A stretch of 64,000 nucleotides of DNA from Paraphysomonas bandaiensis. Its lineage: Eukaryota > Protista > Chrysophyceae. Within the stretch, counting starts at the first letter, position 1. Every line of letters begins with the position of its first letter. Shown piece by piece: positions 33,483 through 46,423 of the stretch. The stretch covers positions 25,404 to 89,403 of the forward strand of contig CBFFRP010000318.1 of assembly GCA_965644295.1 (NCBI GenBank). The letters run 5' to 3'. The notes beneath the pieces are model-generated. The model saw nothing but the letters and a program-made list of their open reading frames with translations. It ran no database searches and had not been told where the DNA came from. A program made the position numbers and the translations under genes.

Positions 33483-36395
33483 ATCAGTGTTTGCTGTGAT
33501 AGAGATGTGCTATACGTATATATTCATATGATGACTGTGTGTATGTATGTATGTGTATGTGTGTTACTGCAGACTGCAGGACACGTTGAGAGGATGTGAG
33601 TGTGTGTGAGGGGGTTGAGAGGAGGGTAATCAAGTGGGAAGAGTGTTGATATGAGATGCTCTCATATATGGTGTGAGGAGTTGCATGGAAATGACCATGA
33701 CACACAGAGCGTGTCTATTGCTGTATACATACATACACATACACGCACATACACACACATACCTCTCTATGTATGGACTATAGTATATGGGGATACACGT
33801 ATATGTATACATGCCTCTCTTTGTACCATTTATTGGACTGTGACGTCTACGTATATACAGCAGTATACCGTATACTCCACCATTGCTTCTAAGAATTCCA
33901 TTCCTAGAAATTGCATAAGGAGAGCTGCAATTTTCCTCTGCCCCAAACACACTCCCCTAAAAATTAACATTTTATCAGTCAAAAATGACTTCTATTTATA
34001 GAAAACCAGGATTTTTATATATTGGTACAGACTCTACTGTATATTTGCCTGTACAGTGGAGTGTCTTCACATCATAGCTATGAACTGTGGAGTATAGATG
34101 TACTTTAAAGCATATATATACAGTACAGTGTTATTTCCTGTATTGTCAAGTGTGTTTGAAAGCTCATCTTCTTATCAACCTATCAGATCAGATCACCATA
34201 CGACTGAAGCATACATACATACAGAGACAGTGTCCCTACAGAGCATGCTCATGTATCTTCATGTCGATCTAAAGCATCTGATCTGTATGAGAGTGCATTC
34301 ATTCATTGGGTACAACAACTCGTGCAGTTGATCTCTCATATGATCAAGTGGCACCCATTTTAAAAGGACGTAACGATTCTCTGTAGAATATTACGAGAAT
34401 TTTCTCTCAATGGAAACATAATCATGCTATGGAATGAAAAGATGATCGTACAGCGTACCCGATATTGTTTGAAGAGTGGAGGTCCCACTTCAAAGCAGCA
34501 GATGTGCCACGACCGTAGCTGGGAATCTATGTTCCATGTTCCATGTTCCATATTATAGCGGCCACTCAGTCATCCCGAATGAAGCGTCGTTTGCGTGGAG
34601 ATTACTTCATCGTTTTTTCTTTGTTGGTCGCAAAGTTTGTGGTAATTTTTTGAAACATTAACTCTGTCCCTTGCTCTCGAGGTGATATAGGACTGTGCTC
34701 CTTACAATCGATGAAGACTGGTACATCACATCGTGTGTATGTTCCCTACAGTGTGTTGCGCTGCTGTTAATATATGGTGTGCACCAAATGGCGAAACTGC
34801 AATGCATCTCGTCACTTGAATTAAGCAATGTTTTAATGAAGTTGACGATGGTATGTATGATGTAGATTTGTGGCAGCGGTGGGAGAAACGTGGTGCATAT
34901 TTGTATTGCTTTCGTGTGAATTATTTTTTCAATAAATATATTTTACAGTACTGCAATTAAATACCAAGCCGTGATATATACTATACTGATGAACCAATCT
35001 TAAAGCATTACAGCTACTGTGGAAAGTATAAAGCCAGAGTTATACGCTCAAAGATATCATATACATGATTCATGTTTCAAATATCAAATAAGAGGAGAGA
35101 CAATAGAAGAGTACACGTTAGGAAATTATTAAAAAGGGTTTTACTAAATTTTGTAGAATGAAAATTAAGGGAATGATGAATACTAGAGCATAGTTTAAAA
35201 GTTGTGAATTAATTTTATTACTTGTAACCATTACTTGCCTTGAATAATACAGTAGTTAGAGACAGTACTATATCACTTTGTTTGCTATGGCATACTGCAG
35301 TAAGTTTCAGAGCTATTTTGAACAATTAAAATCTGTATTTTGAGTTTTATCAATCACAACCGTTATCACATTGTGAATAATAAAGTAGAGTGAGAGACAG
35401 TGTCATTTCAAAATAGTTCATTACAGCTAGCTGCATGTATGTCACCAAAGATTTAATAATATTGATAGGTAGTAGTGAATGGCTGTAGCAAAAATAGGTC
35501 ATTTATGAAGCTGTAATGTACAAGAATAAGGATAAAGTAGTGAAGATTGTAGTATAATATGTGTTGAGTTCTGCCGTATGATGCAGTATATATTGTGCTA
35601 TTGAAGTGCGTTAATAGTGTGCAATAGGTGAAGTCAACTCGTAGGTTTAACGGGTGAGTAGAGTTTTACAAAGGAATTAAATTCAGTTACTGGCGTGCGA
35701 CTATATTAGATATAGGAGTGACTGGTGAACATATTATGATAAACATATGTTGCTGATAACAGATGTTTCATCAGATGTTACATGAATATGTCGTGGAGTG
35801 TTCAGATTGATAATTATATTTCTTACCTGAGAGTACATTGTGTTCAACAAAGCAAGGTTAAGGATTAATTGCAGAGCAAAGTTAACTTCAGTGAAATGTC
35901 CAATTCTAACATGGTAGCGAGTGATATATCGCATCATACTTCAGAACTCAGCAATATGAGAAGTAGATAGTAGTCATGATCATTTTTTGAAGTTTTGAGT
36001 AAAAAGATCATATATAGGGTTGGAAATTATCGGGACTATAGGGACATAAGGGCATCGCCCGAACAGTATTGAAGTTATCGTAGTATACATAGGAATTCTG
36101 TAGAGGGCAAAATTGGAGTGGATAGCAGGATGTTACAGAATTTTTATATGAATATTTTTAAAGGTCGAAAACTAACTGTATATTGCTGGGAAACTATTTA
36201 TAGTTTTAGCTATGTGGATTAGGTCCGCAGACTAGATGGAATTGGGTATTCACCTCGTCTAACAGGGGAGCATACTGTAGCCATAAATTCAAAAATTCAA
36301 ATGATGTATGTCTCACACTTCGTCGTCACAGTCGAATGAAAATTGGGCTGTTTCTGATGACCAAGTCCGGTGTAGCTCCATAGCAATCTTCATTT

Positions 36396-36470
36396 CATGG
36401 GAATCGAACCCCACAATCTTCGGATGAGCTAGGATGTGATCAGGAGCATCAGAAACCGACACTGCCAGCG
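36396..36470 (-). pseudogene. tRNA-like remnant (3' half, possibly intron-containing)
   Basis: The minus strand has TCGG..ATCCGA AGATT GTGGGGTTCGATTCCCAT (anticodon stem, variable loop, T-arm). No convincing acceptor stem or D-arm. Confidence 0.3.
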
Positions 36471-37077
36471 AAGAATTTTATCATTTCTGTATGTTGCATT
36501 GGTTCTACGTCACCTGCTATTACCTCACGCTTCTGTAATGCGTAGCTATATGCCTGTAATGTGTAGTGTGTAGTTATAGGCCTGTAATGCGTAGCTATAT
36601 GCGAGTACAATTCATGACTAGGTTTAGTATTTAATACTATAATTGGCTAGATTGAGTCATTTATTGCTTTGACTAGGTTTTTACACCGAAAATAGTATGA
36701 CTAGGAAATTCAACCAAATTGACTAGGTTGAATAATATATCTCAAGAGCGTTTTTAGATATAACCAAAAAAATGTGGCTTATAAGCAATTCGATATATAG
36801 TTCTACGTTTGTAAATGATGAACGTGGGAGGCGTAAGAGACGACAGAGAAGTCACTACTTCATTTGATTGAAGTTATATATATTACTACTCCAGGTTCCA
36901 GGTAGTAATCGACAAAATGAACACACAGATAAGAAATTAATAGGCAAACAAACTATATTTGACAACTACAACAGCCTACACTAAACAAAACTTCAAAAAT
37001 AATCCGCAGTCATGCCAGCAGCAATATACGGTATACTCCATTTACTTTAATTCATTCTGTAATGGTGTGTGATATCA

Positions 37078-37785
37078 TTACAGGGTTATGTTATCATCTT
37101 CACCGCGGTCTGTTAACTCATTATCAAAAGGTATTATTTTAGAAGGATGGGGGGCTGGCATTGAATTAAAGGATCCACCAAAAATATTTGACTTCAAATA
37201 CCGAATCTCCTCTGCGGTAAAATTTGTGGAACCGCCAAAATTGTCATCAATATAATCATCTGGAATTTTATCTAACTTAAACGAAAAATTGTGGGATGAT
37301 TGCCGTGAAGTCATTCCCGAGCATGGAGTAATGGTGGAAATATTGGTAGATATATTCGAGGAAAGATAACTGGAAGACCCGCTATGTGAGGCCCGAAGTC
37401 CCAACATTGAGAAAGACACTCGCGACGGACTCATAAGAACCGATGGTGCCACATTCATGACAGATAAATTATCTATGGAGTCCGATATATCATCACCGGC
37501 ACTGGCAGGTGAATCATTTTGTTCGATTTCATTCTGTTCATGACCATTGTCTATATCCATATCTCTCTCAGTATCAGTTTCATTACTAACTCTGGGTGTT
37601 TTCTCTGAATATCGAGGTGAACACTTCTCACTTGTACACATATCTGTCGTAGTGCATCTCGATAGTGGTAAACTAGTGCGTAATTTATCAAAGTTTTTGA
37701 TTTTAACAGCACGGGAAACACTTTCGATTGGATCGGATGGATTCACAACAGAGTTTACAGTCATTTTGTTTCCACACTGGCCCAT
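37078..37785 (-). CDS. Hypothetical Ser-rich, probably disordered protein with an N-terminal myristoylation/palmitoylation-like motif
   Basis: 235-aa ORF starting MGQCGNK. Confidence 0.65.
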   Translation of the reverse strand: MGQCGNKMTVNSVVNPSDPIESVSRAVKIKNFDKLRTSLPLSRCTTTDMCTSEKCSPRYSEKTPRVSNETDTERDMDIDNGHEQNEIEQNDSPASAGDDISDSIDNLSVMNVAPSVLMSPSRVSFSMLGLRASHSGSSSYLSSNISTNISTITPCSGMTSRQSSHNFSFKLDKIPDDYIDDNFGGSTNFTAEEIRYLKSNIFGGSFNSMPAPHPSKIIPFDNELTDRGEDDNITL

Positions 37786-38431
37786 ATTTTACAGACAGAA
37801 TTAGTGTGTGTGTCTATACAGTCATTTACAAGGGCATGTATGTAATCATAGCTATGTATATGTCTTAATGAAATGATGAGTGTGTTGAGCTCGATTAGAA
37901 CCTCCAGATGCTGCTTGAATTGTGTGTAATCGTGTTAATATATAGAGAGAGTGAACTGAGATCTATCTAGAATATGCTGCATGAGCGATAACATATGAAA
38001 CGATGCGTATGACAGCAGGAGTAGGGGGGGGATAGCAGGTACATGCAACTACAGACAAGTCTATGACTGCTATAGTATCGCACGGTAGGGGTAAGTGGGA
38101 GTAGATGTAAAGTATGAAAATATCCATATCATCCATTGGAATACGTTTTATAATACTGTATTTTTGTTTGGTAGAGTTGAGGTACGTACATGTTGAGGGA
38201 AATTGGGGAAATACTTCAACATTCACGTAGCTGTAACATGTACATCACCAGCAGCAGTGCATGGTCTATATAATGGGGTAAACAGTACGACTCTGATTGG
38301 AGTTCTGACTACTGTGTATGTAGTGAGCTGTGCTGGTGTTTCGAATATTTGAATAGAGATGCGGGCATATCTATACATTAACAGAATCAACCAAGAAACA
38401 TTGCTACAGGTGCTTACCACTACATCTACAT

Positions 38432-39065
38432 ATGCCACGAGGTCTTCCATTTATAGTTGCTGCACCCAGTGGGGCAGGAAAGACTACACTAGTGAATAAT
38501 GCTCTATCAGAGTTGCAAAGCACTCACTCTATTGAACGCATGATTACATATACAACAAGGTGAGTATTGACCTCTATGACTTGTGATATGTAACTGACGA
38601 TACATCAGACCGATCCGTAAGAATGAAGTAAATGGAGTGGATTATCATTTTGTTGATAAGGAGAAATTTAAACATTTACAAAGTCAGAATTTCTTTTTTG
38701 AGGTTACTGAATACAATGACAACTGTTATGGGTCACCTAGAAGTTTAATTGATCAAACGAAAGAGGGGAAGTCTTTTCTTGCAATCACTGATCGCCCGGG
38801 AATTGTTTCTTACCGTAATTTATGTGATAAGATTGTAGCTATATGGATAAATCCACCATCAATTGAAGTCCTTTCTGAGCGCCTTATTGCACGAGGCAGT
38901 GAGACTGATGCTGGATTACAGAAGCGACTTAACCTTGCAACAGAAGAAATGCGTGCGGAGCAGGAGAACCCACTTTGCGAGTTCCACATCACCAATTTAG
39001 ATGTTTCAGATGCCACTATGGAGTTGGTCAATATTGTGAAGTCATCGCTGGCTGCAGAGTCTTAG
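38432..39065 (+). CDS. gmk: Guanylate kinase
   Basis: FIVAAPSGAGKTT, YTTR|PIRKNEVNGVDYHFV (intron 38560-38608), PPSIEVLSERLIARGSET. Confidence 0.9.
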
Positions 39066-40582
39066 CTTTATAATTATCGAATACATTAGGTTGATAATAT
39101 ATAATTTTAGTAGCGTTTATATAGTTCAACTCGTGTAAGAGCGGGGTGCTGGTGTGGGCGAGGTGCCGTATTCAAGAAATGGTTATATTATCTATACTAT
39201 CATTACCAGAGCTACTTTCGAAAAATCTATTTGTTAATTACATCTATTTGTTAATGATGTCGTGAAAGATATATATATCTGTAGAGAAAAACTTCTATGT
39301 TATCTGTGGCTACATTACACCGTTACACAACCGCCAAGGACGTTAGAAGTTAGAGCCGATCATGTAATTTATGTTGCCTACAGTATTGTTATCTCTTAGC
39401 TCTTAGAAAAGGTCGCCTGAACCTTATGCACACAACTAAGTAAAATTAAAATTCCAAGTGTACAGTTGTACCCTACTTGTATTTACAATATTGCTGCCCT
39501 TTATTATAAACAAAAGCAAAATTACTTGAGTAGTTTCGTACAGATTACAGATTATATCCTAGTAGTATTCCTCCAAAGCACCTAAAATTGCATGTTTGTC
39601 GTTCATCTCTTTCTGTAAATATTCTTCCTGCAATTTATATTCTTGATTTATATATATGTCGTGTCGTGGTATCAGAGTTTACTCATTAAAAATAGAGTGG
39701 CTATGTTCACATGTTCACTATCATTGTGCTCAACTTAACATGAATTATAAACTGGAGCTCCTCACTACATATTTTATATAATTTGATATGATAACTACAA
39801 AACTTCAAAACGGAAGTGAATAACTGTGCGTTACTCAATGAACTAGCTGGAAAGAGACCTACTTTGTGGTGAAGTATGCATCCGTATATATATGCTGCTT
39901 CAATAGATCTTTAAGTGCTAACAAGCTTGAGTAACCATTACTCTAAAAAAATGAATACTCTATTAACTATAAATCAGCTTATTCGGATTGGGACAAATTT
40001 CTACAAGGAGTTACATTCTCTCTATATCTATAACTGTAAATACTACACATCACATTCATACTGATATAGCATGAAATTAGCGATATTGGATATTGGGACG
40101 AGTGGAAGTAGGACTATCGTGCATAGTAGAAAACATCATTGCATAAAAGGGACTTGGGAGAATAGGCCGACTCCGAGTGAGCAAGAGTGTGCATGCAAGG
40201 TGGATACAATGGACACAATGGACAGTTCAACTGAAAGCTGGATTATATACACTGTACTCTGTAATACGGTATCATCTGCTGCACTGCTGTGCTTCGTACA
40301 CAGCGCATTCTATAGTACATATATAATGTATGTGTAGACTGCTGCTGTACTGCACTATTACGTATATGTGTACACTATATTCTGTACTCTGCAGCTATAT
40401 GGTACAGCTCTATGTGTACAGCAGTACTGCACTGTACTGCACTACTCTATACTACGTCGACTATACTATACTATACTATGGTGTGCCCTGTAGATAGCAG
40501 ACACATACATACACTCCTTGCTATCCCCTCGTATATACCCCTCCATATAGTACATTAACCAACCCACCACCATCCACACACC

Positions 40583-41600
40583 ATGGGGGAAAAACACGAT
40601 GTCTTCGTTGGCAATCTTGCTTATAATACCACACCAGAAAACCTTCAGGAAATATTCTCTAAGGTGGGCAATGTATCGAATATACGCATAGTCACAGACA
40701 GAGAGACGGGTCGACCTAAAGGCTATGGGTTTGTTGAATATGAAGATGCTGCAACAGCATTAAGTGCTATTAGAAATTTAGATTCACATGAATTGCATGG
40801 ACGGAAGGTGAGGGACGTGTGTTTACTATAGGAGATATACGTGTATATATTTGTATGTTATGAGTGGTATGTGTGTGCTATATGAGTAACGTTATCAGGG
40901 GGTGTATATTTACTATGTTATGTATATAGTGTGTGCTATGTGAGTAACACTATGTTTACGCAGTTACGAGTGAGCTATTCCAACAATAGCAATTTGAAAG
41001 ATGTTGCGCGGCAGATGGGACAAGTCGTGCATGATAGCTACCAGTCAGGTATGTGTAGTATATTTATTATTTGCTGGCTTTTATATATGAATAGGAAGTG
41101 CATGTGCGAAAGATGCAGAGTCTGTTGTGGGAAGTCTGAAACTTCATGAAGCGTATGATATATTAGATGCCATGAAGCGCATTGTAGAGGAGGATAAAGG
41201 GGAGAGAGCCAAGAGTATTCTGGAGGCACACCCACAGCTAGTGAACGCTCTGCTGCTTATCCAGGTGACAGTGAAACTCAATATGTGGTGCTGAATTAAC
41301 GCACGTTGACTCTCAATTATATAGAAACGCTTGGGAATGGTAGTATCATCTTCGCTGCTCTCGGGGGATGATGCAGAGGGAATGGACGTCGGGGACAGTG
41401 CACCGGAAGCGACTGCTGCACCAGATGCCCAACCTGGAACCCAACCATCTAATCCCCAAACACAGCACCAGCAGCATCTGTTTCAGCAAGTTATGCGTAT
41501 GAGCGACGAAGATTTAGCGAAGCTCACTCCTGAGGGAAGACAGCGGATGCTTGCTCTCAAAGAGCAACTTATGGGCGCGGCAGGGAGTGGGCAGACGTAG
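40583..41600 (+). CDS. CSTF2: Cleavage stimulation factor 64 kDa subunit (CstF-64/Rna15)
   Basis: RRM VFVGNLAY..DRETGRPKGYGFVEY..ALSAIRNL; hinge ARSILEAHPQLVNALL; C-terminal QQVMRMSDEDLAKLTPEGRQRMLALKEQL; short introns. Confidence 0.88.
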
Positions 41601-42399
41601 TCGTGTGATAAAGCGATAGTAAGAGAAATAATAAGTGGTGTGTATATAGTACAAAAGAGAAGGTGTGCTGATAGTTAATGCGCGAAAAAGGGCATAGTAG
41701 CAGTTGCGGTGTTTCAAAGTAATGATAAAAATATGGTTGATGATACTTGTTTCAACCACTATGATGTAGATACAGATACTGAGTGTATTTACCTATGTAC
41801 TTATTTACCTATGTATTTCTTCCTGAGATCGCTGCAGGAAAGACAAAAAGAAAAAACTGACAACTGTGTGATATCGGTAATTAAAAATTACTTCGAAACA
41901 AGAAAGCATTACAAGTAATAGAATATGGCTTAGTTTTTATAAAAATCAAATAAATGGACGCCAGGGTATTGACTTTTAACATTCTGTTAGTTTATATAAA
42001 AGTTATGTCGTTAGACTAGGTAGATTATTATTATTGCATAGGAGATTGTGCGTTGTCATAAAAAAGGTAAAACATATCGACAACATAATGTTATATGTTA
42101 TATATCTTTCATGTCTACCACTGATATACTTCCGTATCTTGAATAGTCATGATACTTATGTTTCACAGTTATAGCTATATAGTATTTTTGACTACGTAGT
42201 ACAGTTTTTCACATTATATTTAACGTCTTAGAGAAACATAAGTATTCCAACATTCCAACATAACAAAAGCCAGTGGATGTATTCGAATAAACAGTGCCAA
42301 AATTAGTTAGTATTGCCGTATTATCCATACAAATACACCAACATGCAGTCCTCAACAAATCCACAGCCATTAAACAAATACACGTCAAAAATAATACAA

Positions 42400-43626
42400 T
42401 TACTTGTTGAATAATCCGAGCTGTTTGGCAGCTAGATCCTTCATTATTTCTGTAGAGCCACCACCTATCTCCAGTACCTTGGTCTCTCTGTAAAGCCGCT
42501 CAACCATATGCCCCCGTATAAACCCACTTCCACCCATTACTTGGACTGCAGCATTGGCACAGAAGTGAAAACACTCTGTGCAAACGTTCTTCAACATTGA
42601 TATGTCAGCCACGCAGTCTTCCCCTCTGGAGTACTTCTCAAGAACAGTGTTCAAATAAGCTTCTGCTGCAGAAGCTTTGGTCACCATATCAACAATTAAG
42701 TGTCGCATTGCTTGATGTTCAATAAGACGTTTTCCAAAAGTTTTTCTTTGTCCTGCATATTCAGAAGCTTGCTTAATCAGTTCTTTCGAAAAATAGACAC
42801 ACTGTCCAGCAATGAATATTCTCTCCCCATTAAAGTTTTTCATGACCCATGAGAAGCCTTTATTCTCTTCCCCAAGAAGGTTAGAAGCGGGGACCCGACA
42901 GTTATCAAAGTGCAACGTAGCAGTGTCAGAGCATAACCACCCCATTTTATCCAAGCGTGTACGAGTAAAGCCTGGGGTATCTCGCTCAACAAGAAGAAGG
43001 GAAACTCCACTCGCTCCAGGTCCACCAGTGCGAACAGCCAATGTAAAGTACTCCGCTTGCATGCCTGACGTAATAAAAGTTTTTTCGCCATTCAGTATAT
43101 ATTCATGCCCATCTCTACGAGCGGTAGTGGTCAAATTTGCCACGTCAGAACCCCCACCCGGTTCTGTAATACCAAGTGCACAAACAGATGTCCCTGCGAG
43201 AACCTCAGTTGCAACTTTCTTCGCAAGTTCCGGTCGAGCAAGTGCAATCACCGGATGAAGTGATATACTTAGTGTACACAAAGAAGCAATCAGTCCCCCT
43301 GATCCAGCTCGACATAGCTCTTCTACTACAATCATGTTAGCTCTTAAGTCTTTACTATCATTCCCTAAACCACCAAACTCAACTGGAAATCCAGGAGCCA
43401 ATACACCGATATCAGCCGCTTGTTTATAGAGGTATCGTGGAAGTATTCCATCTTCTTCCCATTTGTTTATATTGGGAGTTATTTCTTTAGCCACCCATCG
43501 CCTAATAGAGTCTCGAAAGGCTGTTAGTTGTGAGATATCGGGGCTGCTGGAGTAGGCAGAGGAGGGTAGGAGGACTGGTCGGAGGAGATGGAGAGAGGAG
43601 AAGGATGTTCGTTTGATTAGAGGCAT
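42400..43626 (-). CDS. Acyl-CoA dehydrogenase with mitochondrial-type presequence; intronless
   Basis: ITEPGGGSDV, LNGEKTFITSG, QRKTFGKRL, AVQVMGGSGF, IGGGSTEIMK. Confidence 0.95.
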   Translation of the reverse strand: MPLIKRTSFSSLHLLRPVLLPSSAYSSSPDISQLTAFRDSIRRWVAKEITPNINKWEEDGILPRYLYKQAADIGVLAPGFPVEFGGLGNDSKDLRANMIVVEELCRAGSGGLIASLCTLSISLHPVIALARPELAKKVATEVLAGTSVCALGITEPGGGSDVANLTTTARRDGHEYILNGEKTFITSGMQAEYFTLAVRTGGPGASGVSLLLVERDTPGFTRTRLDKMGWLCSDTATLHFDNCRVPASNLLGEENKGFSWVMKNFNGERIFIAGQCVYFSKELIKQASEYAGQRKTFGKRLIEHQAMRHLIVDMVTKASAAEAYLNTVLEKYSRGEDCVADISMLKNVCTECFHFCANAAVQVMGGSGFIRGHMVERLYRETKVLEIGGGSTEIMKDLAAKQLGLFNK

Positions 43627-44066
43627 GATTGTGGGTATATGAGAGTGAGAGGTGTGTTACATAAGTATGCATAGATACAATGATACACCCAACTGCCTCT
43701 AGCTCTACAGTACTGTACTATGGGTATGCCTGTATGTGTACAACCATACCATACACAACATAGCTGCAGTTTCCCAGTGCATACTGTATGTAGATATGCA
43801 CTGTATGTGTATATAGCAGCCAATTACATACACATATCCTGATTTTTGAGGTGAAAAAGCAGCCTTTTTTCGTAGTTTGTATGCATAGCAGCACCAGTAT
43901 GTGTATAGACTGCTAAAAAACTCCTAATTTTGAGTTCATTTGTACGATGAAGGACACACAGTTCCACCGTAGCTATAGATACCCAGCCCAGTCCACCATA
44001 CATACATATATATGAGAACACAGAGCCTCTGCTCTAGTAGATCTCCATAACAATCAACATAATAGC

Positions 44067-44875
44067 ATGTATCATTACACCTTCACAACCGCCTATGAGA
44101 CACAACAACAGAGTAACTTAAAGCCTTCAAGGTGAATCTTATCATACATATATGCTATACACACAGCATGTAACCAACTCCTGTATGCAGCTATGGTACA
44201 GTCATATATCTACCACAAGACGCACGGGTTGATTTCGGACAGTCCACATATCCCTCTAGATATGACAAGAAGACCGTGTGTCCTCGAGTACTTCTAGTGT
44301 CTACTTGGACGGATGGGAAGTATGGACTGGTTGGAGGTGGAGTGAAAGCAGGTGAAACACCAGTAGCTGCTCTCAATAGAGAATTTCTTGAAGAGATTGG
44401 CACGGAAGTTTTATTTGATGAGAATGATTTTTGCTTTTCTCATAGTACAGACAAAAGAATTGCTCATGTGTTTTGTCGTATAACTCATGATGTAAATCTC
44501 TTCGAGAATTTATTGAAGTCTTTCTTTTCTTTGGATAGAAAAGCATATGTTGATGAGATTTTATCTGTTGTTGGCTACCCTCTTTGGATAGAAGGTCCAG
44601 ATCGAGTTGAGGACGTTTCTTGGAACAACAATGTCTGGGGTCTGCCGCGACATCTCACTTTTCAAGGAGGTATGATAACTCCAACTCTTGGAGGCACGAA
44701 TTTCCCTCGGGAATCTTTGATTCTGATACTTATGATGAAGAGTGTTATTAGTCCAGAATTAATGCGTCGAGTATTTGAACTCGCATCCTACTTCGATAAA
44801 ACCAGCTGTCCGCTAGATTCCTTCGACGAATTTGTGACAAGAACTGGTTTACGTGGAACCAATATTGTAAAGTGA
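44067..44875 (+). CDS. Nudix hydrolase, NUDT16-like
   Basis: Nudix box DGKYGLVGGGVKAGETPVAALNREFLEEIG; ATG at 44067; frame-consistent intron 44132-44190. Confidence 0.75.
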
Positions 44876-45115
44876 TAGATTATACATTGAGGACGTGTAT
44901 GCTCTAAACGAAATCATTCTCCATTGGTGAGAGTGCATAGCATATACATTGATACTTCAGCGTTCGTAAATCAAGTACTAATGTACTACTTTCACGTATG
45001 CGCGCATTAAATCCTTTCAGTAGTTTATTCATGTATTCACAAGTGGAAGACTTGTGTAGTTAGGAATTTGAAATTTGCTACTACTCCATGAACTAAGTAA
45101 TGTCACAGTGTAGTT

Positions 45116-45840
45116 CAGGGTCCGGTAACAATATATTCCAATTTTATAGTTAGATTGCTTTCCATCAGTATATTGACTCTTGATCTATTGATGGAGGTTG
45201 GAAACGGTCCAACAATACATTCAAATATAGTAGTATTATTGAGCAGTAAGCAAACACATAGGTAGATTCCATATTTTGTACTAGTCATTAAGATCACATG
45301 ATAACCAAGCCCACTTCGCACTTCGCTGGCTACTGTTAGCTAAATAGCTAATCACAGCTTTCCTCATATTCGGTGATATCACCATATTCAGTTGCAACTG
45401 TCGATTTGCTTTCAGAAACAACGTCATATTAAGTGTAGTAGAATTAGTAAATAGGCGTTTAACAGTTCAACCTAATATAGCATTGCAATTTAACTAACTG
45501 GTGCTTAACTCTGATATCTGATATCCTACTCTTAAGCGCTACGAAAGCTGCTTGTGCGTCACCGCTAACATTTCGTTTCTTAGTATGTTGAGCTGATATT
45601 TTTCCGCAGAGCTAGCATCAGCTTCATCACCCTCTGTATCTATGTATTGTTGCAATCACTGCCGGAACACGGAATTACACTGTGCATCTACACTTAAACA
45701 GCTCTCGGTATATGACTTTAACATATTGATGCACAACATATTGATCGGTATATGTTGTGAGCTACATTTACAAAAACAAAATTGATGGAATTTTTGGCCG
45801 GACCATCAATCGATTAATTGTTACCAACTACCGAACCCTG
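45116..45840. mobile_element. Degenerate non-autonomous hAT-like element related to 52811-53893
   Basis: Ends CAGGGTCCGGTA / TACCGAACCCTG; flanks TGTAGTT / TGTAATT; internal TAGTCATTAAGATCACATGA and AAACGGTCC.ACAATAC are shared with 52880-52995. Confidence 0.65.
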
Positions 45841-45849
45841 TGTAATTCT

Positions 45850-46021
45850 CAGGCTTGCGTAACAATTAACTGGTTTTCTATTTAATAATTACCAATTAAA
45901 TTAATTGGTTTTAAATGTGATAATTTCAATTATTCTTATTGGCTATTGTTGCCAATTAATTGGCTGGCTAAATTGGACATCTGTCACTAATTAATTGCCA
46001 ATTAATTGTTTCGCAAGCCTG
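45850..46021. mobile_element. 172-bp hAT-type MITE
   Basis: TIR CAGGCTTGCG(T/A)AACAATTAA; 8-bp flanks GTAATTCT / GTAATTAT; internal CCAATTAATTGG motifs. Confidence 0.8.
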
Positions 46022-46423
46022 GTAATTATCCTAGTAGAGGAGATCTGTGCAAAATCATTTCAAATTCTAATGTTTTACTCCATTATGAAGAACTACCACT
46101 ATTAATATACAAGAAGAGTGCATAGTATATGGTATATGCCAAGTTGAATCGCTCTTAATATAATTTAGCTCCCGTATACCCAGTGCTAAGTGCTAAGGAG
46201 TATAGTCACACGGGCTCATGAGGTGAAGTAAGACATGCGGAAGTCTAACATGCACTAGTAACAAATAGACTTCTGTATCATGCTCAATGGGGTACTACTA
46301 ATCTGCCAAAACTATATTATATACACTACAGAAAATTGAAACCCGCAAGACTCAAAATATAAATTACGACGTTTCTTTATTATTTCGCTACCTATGAATG
46401 AACCGCGATTCTGAATCTCAGTA

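Noticed and set aside
34200-34900. Coding-like fragments on the + strand
   Set aside because: Frequent stops, no consistent exon model and no recognisable domain.
42400-43626. Bacterial contamination or HGT suggested by the intronless ACAD
   Set aside because: It has a mitochondrial-type presequence and native promoter context, and many genes here are intronless; HGT cannot be claimed without a phylogeny.
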